DNA of 64,000 nucleotides from an uncultured Acidobacteriota bacterium (GTDB lineage Bacteria; Acidobacteriota; Thermoanaerobaculia; Multivoradales; UBA5704): NCBI GenBank assembly GCA_963770895.1, contig CAVYRF010000002.1, positions 2,976,001 to 3,040,000 of the forward strand, read 5' to 3'. Shown piece by piece: positions 58,505 to 64,000 of this stretch (position 1 is its first letter; each line of letters starts with the position of its first letter). The notes under the pieces were generated by a model. It saw only the letters and a program-made list of their open reading frames with translations, ran no database searches and was not told where the DNA came from. The position numbers and the translations under genes were made by a program.

Positions 58505-60040
58505 TCAAGGGCCGGTGCCGAGGATGCGTTTGACGTAGCCGTCGACATAGGCGGTCTTTTGCAGGTTGGGCAGGGACCGCTTGAGGGCGGCGGCGGCGGC
58601 CGTCGGGTCGCCGCTTTCGTAGAGCGACACGGCCAGGTAGAACAGCAGCTCCGGGTGGTCGTCGCCGGGCATGCCGCCGCGCCTGAAGTAGGCGACGGCT
58701 TCGCTCCAGCGCGAGTTGCGATAGGCCGCCTCGGCTGCCAGGTACTGGGCCTCGGGCGAATCGGGGTGGGCCTCGGACAGGTCGTGGGCCAGGCGCAGCG
58801 CATCCTTCAGATCGCGGGCGTTGGCCGAGGTGAGCAGGCGCTCGGCGCGCACCTTGGAGTCGCGCTCGGCTGCCGTCCAGGCGCGCCCGGTGGCCGCCGG
58901 GGTCCTGCCTGCGGCCGAGGCCGGCGCGCCGGCGCCGGCGGCGGTGCCGGGAGCCGCCGACGGCTGCGCCTGGTGCGCCTGCTGAGGGGCGGCCGCCGGC
59001 GGCACGCGGGCGCTCAGGGGGGCGCCGGCTGGCATGCCGCCGGTGCCGGTCGGGCCGGCCGGGCTCTGCGGAGCTCTGGGCGGCGGCGCGGCGGCGGCGG
59101 TGGTCGTGGTGTCGCGCGGACCGGCGGCGGTGCCCGGCGCCGCCGAGGTCGCGGTGCGCGTGGCTTCGGCGCGATGCTTCGCCACCCGCTGGGCCAGCGC
59201 CGCCAGGCGCTTGTCGCCCTTGAAGGCGGCGGGGAACGCCTGCACCTGGTCCTCGGCCTGGCGCCATTGCCCCAGGGTGGTGCGGCAGCCCAGCAGGGCG
59301 GCGGCGTAGCGCGGCTCGCGCCCGCACCTTAAGCAGGGGTCCAGGTCGACGACCGCTTCCGCGCAGCGGCCGCTTGCCGCCCGCGCCAGGCCGCGCACGC
59401 AGAGCGCCTGCGCGTCCTGCGGCGCCAGGGTGACGGTCTGCTCGGCGCGGGTCAGCGCGGCCGCGGTGTGGCCTTCGCTCAGGTCGAGGTCCGCGAGCTG
59501 CAGGTTCCAGGCGACGTTCCTGGGCTCCTTGGCCAGGCGCTCTTCCAGCTGGCGGCGTTTTTCGCGCGGTGGCAGCGCCGCGAACTGCCCTTCCAGCTTG
59601 CGGCTGAGCAGCCCGCGAAAGGCGGGGATCGTCTCCAGGGTCGCCGCGGGGATGGCGGTCGTCGCACGCTGTTCGAAGGCGTTGCGGACGTCGGCGGGCA
59701 GGTCGGCCCGGCTGTAGGCGCCGAAGCGCTCTTCGACTTCGGTGATGCGATGGAAGGTTTCGCGGAAGCCCTCGACGTCGCCCGCCGCTCCCTGGGCGAC
59801 GGCGAGCCGCGTCAGGCAGGCGGCCAGGGGCGCCGGTTCGTCCAGCAGTCCGAAGCAGGCCAGGCGCAGGCGTTTGGCGGCGACGGCAAACTCGCCGCGA
59901 TCGTAGGACTGGATGCCGTCGCGCAGCAGATCGGAGTAGAACGGGTCCGGCGCCACGGCGCCGCGCGCCGCGGCAGCGCCGCCGCCCAAGGCGGTGAGCG
60001 CCAAGAGAGCCACGGGCGCCAGGATCGCCGGGATCTTCAT
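58505..60040 (-). CDS. Secreted TPR-repeat protein
   Basis: Signal peptide; TPR-like helices (ALCVRGLARAASGRCAEA, AQYLAAEAAYRNSRWSEA, LFYLAVSLYESGD); Ala/Pro linker. Confidence 0.8.
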   Translation of the reverse strand: MKIPAILAPVALLALTALGGGAAAARGAVAPDPFYSDLLRDGIQSYDRGEFAVAAKRLRLACFGLLDEPAPLAACLTRLAVAQGAAGDVEGFRETFHRITEVEERFGAYSRADLPADVRNAFEQRATTAIPAATLETIPAFRGLLSRKLEGQFAALPPREKRRQLEERLAKEPRNVAWNLQLADLDLSEGHTAAALTRAEQTVTLAPQDAQALCVRGLARAASGRCAEAVVDLDPCLRCGREPRYAAALLGCRTTLGQWRQAEDQVQAFPAAFKGDKRLAALAQRVAKHRAEATRTATSAAPGTAAGPRDTTTTAAAAPPPRAPQSPAGPTGTGGMPAGAPLSARVPPAAAPQQAHQAQPSAAPGTAAGAGAPASAAGRTPAATGRAWTAAERDSKVRAERLLTSANARDLKDALRLAHDLSEAHPDSPEAQYLAAEAAYRNSRWSEAVAYFRRGGMPGDDHPELLFYLAVSLYESGDPTAAAAALKRSLPNLQKTAYVDGYVKRILGTGP

Positions 60041-60894
60041 CGCGCGGCGCGCCAGGCGTTGCGCCCCGGCGGTGCCGCGACCTGGGCCGCGGGCGGAGCC
60101 GGCGCGGCCGGTGCGGCGGCCAGCTGGGTGTGGGACGGCACGCCGCCGTCGCCGGCACCGCCGCCGCTGCTGGCAACGAGGGCGCGCGGGTTGTCCACCA
60201 TCAGCTGGCGGGCGGTGGCTTCGCCCCAGCGCGCGGCGATCGCCTTGTAGGCGGCTGCCATGCCGGGCGGCCGCCGCACCATGTCGTGCGCGTCGCTGGC
60301 GACGAAGTGCACCAGGCCGCGGTCGATCAGGCGCAGGGTGTCGCTCTGCGCCCGGCTGCCGAAGTCGCCCGTCACGCTCATCGCGGTCACCTGGGAGAGG
60401 GCGCCCAGCGACACCAGGTCGGCGAGCGCCGGCGACTTGAGCAGCCAGGGGAAATGTTCCGGGTGAGCGATGACCGGGTGCCAGCCGGCGATGGACAGCT
60501 CATGCACCAGGTGCGCCGCCGAAACCGGCGAGTCGGTGGCGCCGAACTCGATCAGCAGGTGGCGCGAGCCGGCCAGGGGCTGCGGGCCCTGGGCGTCGTC
60601 GTCGGGCGCGCCGCCGCGCAGCGCCAGGATCTCGCCCAGCAGCTGAGGATCGACGTGGATCTCACCGCCCGGCAGGATGCGCGGCGCCGGCCCCACCGCT
60701 GCCTGGAGCTGGGTGCGCAGCGCGGCGAGCGCCTGCCGGTCGCAGTTCCACCAGCCGCCCCGCCGTTGGTGCGGCGTGGCGACGATGGCTTCGCAGCCGG
60801 CGGCGGCGGCGGCGTGGCACATCTCCACCGCCTGCTCCAGCGTGCGCGGTCCGTCGTCGATGCCGGGCAGGATGTGGCAGTGGACGTCGATCAT
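60037..60894 (-). CDS. CpsB/CapC PHP-family protein-tyrosine phosphatase
   Basis: MIDVHCHILPGIDDGP, VATPH, IAHPE, ASDAH. Confidence 0.92.
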   Translation of the reverse strand: MIDVHCHILPGIDDGPRTLEQAVEMCHAAAAAGCEAIVATPHQRRGGWWNCDRQALAALRTQLQAAVGPAPRILPGGEIHVDPQLLGEILALRGGAPDDDAQGPQPLAGSRHLLIEFGATDSPVSAAHLVHELSIAGWHPVIAHPEHFPWLLKSPALADLVSLGALSQVTAMSVTGDFGSRAQSDTLRLIDRGLVHFVASDAHDMVRRPPGMAAAYKAIAARWGEATARQLMVDNPRALVASSGGGAGDGGVPSHTQLAAAPAAPAPPAAQVAAPPGRNAWRAAR

Positions 60895-60899
60895 GGCGC

Positions 60900-63467
60900 T
60901 CAGGCGGCCGAGCCGGCTTGCGTCGTCGCGGGCTGATCGGCGGCGACGTAGCTCTCGTAGGAGCGGTAGCGCTTGCCGAGCCCGGAGTGGGAGGACCGAT
61001 AGCGGTTGAGCACGGCTCCCAGGATCCGCACGTCGGCCTGGCGCAGGCGGTCGCGGCACAGGCGGGCCTCTTCGCGCGTCACCTTGCCGCTGCGCAGCGT
61101 CAGCACCACGCCGTCGGCCATCACGCCGACGATGGTGGCGTCGGTGACCGCGAGAGCCGGCGGGGTGTCGATGATGACGTACTCGAAATGGCTGCGCACG
61201 GTGTGCAGCCACTCCTTCATGCGGTCCGATGACAGCAGCTCCGAGGGGTTGGGGGCGATCGGTCCGGACGGGATCACCCACAGGTGCGGAATGGCGGAGC
61301 GCTGGACGATTTCGTCGGCGCCCATGCCCGCGGTCAGGTGGCTCACCAGGCCGATCTGGTTGGACAGGCGGAAGACCTGGTGCAGGCGGGGCTTGCGCAG
61401 GTCCGCGTCGACGATCAGCACCGGCCGCCCCAGCTGCGCCAGGACGATCGCCAGGTTGGTGGCGGTCGCCGTCTTGCCCTCGCCGGCGGTGGCGGAGGTG
61501 ACCGCCACCACTTTCAGCTCGCGGGCGCTGGACAGCAGCATCGCGGTGCGCAGCGAGCGGTAGGCTTCCGAGATCTGGGTGCGCGGCAGCTCGTGCGGCA
61601 CCAGCTCGATCTGCGTCGGCGCCGCCTGCCGGTTGGCGGCGCCGCGCTTCCTGTCCAGGCGCTCGCTGCCGTCGGCGGCAGTCCCCACGGCGGGCGGCGG
61701 GCCGGCCGGTTGCGCCGCGGCAGCCGCGGCGCCGGCGCCGCGGGTTTCGCGCCCCGCCCGGCCGGCGCGGGTGGCCGGCAGCGGCGGCGCCGCGGGCGCG
61801 CCGGTGGTCGCCGGCGACTGGAAGTAGCCGGACCCCGAGCCGTACCCGTAGCCGTAGCCGTAGCGCTCGCCATAGCCGTAGGACTTGCCGGCTTCGACGA
61901 TGTCCTGGATGACCGCCAGCGTCGGCAGGCCCAGGCGCCGTTCCACTTCGTCGGGGGTCTTGATGGTGCGGTCGAGGAATTCGATGAGCAGCGCCGAGCC
62001 GACGCCCAGCAGCAGGCCGAACAGCAGGCCGTAGGAGACGTCGCGGCGCAGCGACGGATAGAACGGTCCGCCCGGCACCAGGGCGCGATCGACGATGTGG
62101 ATGTTCGAGTCGCGGGTGTCCTGCAGGCGCGCCTGCACCTCGTTTTCGGAATGCTTGTGCTGCAGCTCGTTGAGCGTGTCGGTGCGGGCTTTGATCTCGT
62201 TGACCAGGCTGTTGTATTCGACCGCCACGGTATTCTGATCCATCGCCTGCGACTTGATCTTGTTGATCTCTGTTTCCAGCGCCTGCTCCTGGGCCAGCGC
62301 CGTCAGGTAGGCGGTGTGGGCGCTCTTGCGCGCGTTGGCGACCATCTCACCGACCACCGCGGTGATGTGCTGCTTGTTCTTTTCGATCTCGGTATGCAGC
62401 GACTGCATCGCCGGCCACTCGGGCTTGTAGGTTTTGAGCTTGGTGTCGTAGTCGCGCTCCAGCTTGAGCTGGTCGGCGCGCAGGCTGGAGATGACTCCCG
62501 GTTGCAGGGCGTCCGCCACGCTGTCGTCGGGCGCCGTCATCAGGCCGTGATAGGTCGCCTCTTTGTCGATGCGGGTGTTCTTGGCGTCCATGTAGCTGCC
62601 GTTGAGCGATTGCAGCCGCTGCATGGTGACGTTGGCGCCGGGCTCCATGGTCACGATGTCGGTGCGGCGGCTGTACGCCTGCAGCTTCGCTTCCTTGTCG
62701 CCGATCTCCTTTTGCAGCGCCTCGATCTGCGAGCTGAGAAACGTCGAGGTCTTGCCGGCGCTGTTGAAGCGGTACTCGATCCCCATGTCGATGAAGGCGT
62801 CCGCAAAACCGTTGGCGGCGCGGGCGGCGAACAGGGGCGAGGAGGCGTGATACGAGATCTCCACCAGCTGGGTGTTGCGCACCGGCTCGACCGAGAGCCC
62901 CGACCGCAGCCGCTCGGCAAGCCCGCCCAGGGTCGTCAGGTCGTCGTCGGCGGTCGGCGCATGGTTGTCGGCGCCGACGGCGCCAACGGCGCCGGGTGCA
63001 CCGCCTGCAGTGGGCGCGCCGCCGAGCGGCGACCGCGACGCGAGCTGCGCCAGCGACGCGCTGACGCCGCCGCCGGAGCGGCCGGGATTGAACACCGGGT
63101 CGGACGCCAGGTCCAGGCGCTTGACCACCCGCTCGGCCAGACCGCGGCTTTCCAGCAGCGCGTACTGGGTGGGGTAGTACTCGGCGTCAAAGTAGCTTTC
63201 CAGCCAGGGTGCCTGGCTGGTCAGCGTCGGCGCCAGGGTGCGGCGCTCGATCTGGATGATCGCCGTCGCCACGTAGGCCTTGGGAGTGATGGCGTAATGG
63301 ATGGCCCCGCCGATCACCGCGATCAGGCAGGCGGCCGCCACCAGCTTCCAGTGGCGCCGCACCATCGCCAGGTATTCGGCCAGGTTGAATTCTGATTCGG
63401 GCTCGGGCGCCGCGACCTCGTCGTCGAGGGCCGGCAGGGCCGCGACAGCCATGGCGGTTTTCTTCAA
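60900..63467 (-). CDS. wzc: Wzc-like polysaccharide co-polymerase / tyrosine autokinase
   Basis: N-terminal TM, coiled-coil periplasmic region, second TM, EAYRSLRT, Walker A GEGKT, DADLRKP, IIDTPP. Confidence 0.92.
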   Translation of the reverse strand: MKKTAMAVAALPALDDEVAAPEPESEFNLAEYLAMVRRHWKLVAAACLIAVIGGAIHYAITPKAYVATAIIQIERRTLAPTLTSQAPWLESYFDAEYYPTQYALLESRGLAERVVKRLDLASDPVFNPGRSGGGVSASLAQLASRSPLGGAPTAGGAPGAVGAVGADNHAPTADDDLTTLGGLAERLRSGLSVEPVRNTQLVEISYHASSPLFAARAANGFADAFIDMGIEYRFNSAGKTSTFLSSQIEALQKEIGDKEAKLQAYSRRTDIVTMEPGANVTMQRLQSLNGSYMDAKNTRIDKEATYHGLMTAPDDSVADALQPGVISSLRADQLKLERDYDTKLKTYKPEWPAMQSLHTEIEKNKQHITAVVGEMVANARKSAHTAYLTALAQEQALETEINKIKSQAMDQNTVAVEYNSLVNEIKARTDTLNELQHKHSENEVQARLQDTRDSNIHIVDRALVPGGPFYPSLRRDVSYGLLFGLLLGVGSALLIEFLDRTIKTPDEVERRLGLPTLAVIQDIVEAGKSYGYGERYGYGYGYGSGSGYFQSPATTGAPAAPPLPATRAGRAGRETRGAGAAAAAAQPAGPPPAVGTAADGSERLDRKRGAANRQAAPTQIELVPHELPRTQISEAYRSLRTAMLLSSARELKVVAVTSATAGEGKTATATNLAIVLAQLGRPVLIVDADLRKPRLHQVFRLSNQIGLVSHLTAGMGADEIVQRSAIPHLWVIPSGPIAPNPSELLSSDRMKEWLHTVRSHFEYVIIDTPPALAVTDATIVGVMADGVVLTLRSGKVTREEARLCRDRLRQADVRILGAVLNRYRSSHSGLGKRYRSYESYVAADQPATTQAGSAA

Positions 63468-64000
63468 AAGAAGGACTCCTTGACGACCACGATGTCGCCC
63501 TGGCGCAGCTCGACGTCGGGGTCCTTGCCGGCCAGGATGCGGTTGTAGTCCACCTCAAGCTCGGGTGCACCGGCGGCCGCGTCGGAGCGCTTGACGCGCA
63601 GCTTGTGCGAGGCGCGGTCGGTGAGGCCGCCGGCACGCGCGATGACGGCCAGCACAGTGATGCGGTCGGTGCTCTTGAAGGGCACCGCTCCGGGGTGGTT
63701 CACCGCCCCCAGGCAGTACAGGGTGATCTCCACCGCGTTGGGTACGTTGATCAGGTCGTTGGCGACCAGCGGGATGTTGACCCGCGGATCGGCGCGCACC
63801 AGCAGGTCGTCGAGCGAAATGGTCACCTGGTCGGACAGGCCGTCGTCGGCGCGGCGCAGGACGTACAGGACGTTGCCGCGGTTCTCGGCCACGCCGCCCG
63901 CGGCGGTGAGCGCTTCGAGCAGCGTCCAGCGCCCCGAAAAGGCAAGGCTGCCGGGCAGCTTGACCGCGCCGATGACCGAGATCGGCCGCGATTTGAATTC
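63464..64000 (-). CDS. Wza-like polysaccharide export protein (SLBB domains), 5' end outside the window
   Basis: ISVIGAVKLPG...LLEALTAAGG, GAVNHPG...VIARAGGLT, LRQGDIVVVKESFF. Confidence 0.85.
   Translation of the reverse strand, partial: EFKSRPISVIGAVKLPGSLAFSGRWTLLEALTAAGGVAENRGNVLYVLRRADDGLSDQVTISLDDLLVRADPRVNIPLVANDLINVPNAVEITLYCLGAVNHPGAVPFKSTDRITVLAVIARAGGLTDRASHKLRVKRSDAAAGAPELEVDYNRILAGKDPDVELRQGDIVVVKESFF

Noticed and set aside
61284-63395. 703-aa plus-strand ORF; also 57452..59332
   Set aside because: Antisense shadows of wzc and the TPR/secreted genes

Overview
Very GC-rich bacterial window; an Acidobacteriota/Thermoanaerobaculia-like origin is my impression from the protein families, not something demonstrated. 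From left to right: a truncated HlyC/CorC hemolysin-family gene; a CIRCE-regulated groES-groEL operon; a ~12 kb polymorphic-toxin island (3.7-15.7 kb); and a long, mostly minus-strand Wzx/Wzy-type surface-polysaccharide region (16-64 kb). In the toxin island one Rhs shell appears split over two genes that each have their own signal peptide. It carries a C39 peptidase and inserted Ig-like domains, and is followed by an orphan toxin cassette and duplicated candidate immunity genes. The polysaccharide region has many glycosyl-, methyl-, acyl- and carbamoyl-transferases, asnB, sat-cysC/cysQ and wza-wzc-cpsB. It is interrupted by two modules: (i) an ECF sigma factor, a small secreted precursor ending in GAMDPDGAL and a zinc-finger-TPR protein (candidate peptide-signalling system), followed by an SRPBCC/ArsR pair; and (ii) a vWA-kinase-PP2C-kinase (TerY-P-like) cluster. 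No rRNA, tRNA, CRISPR array or IS element was recognised.
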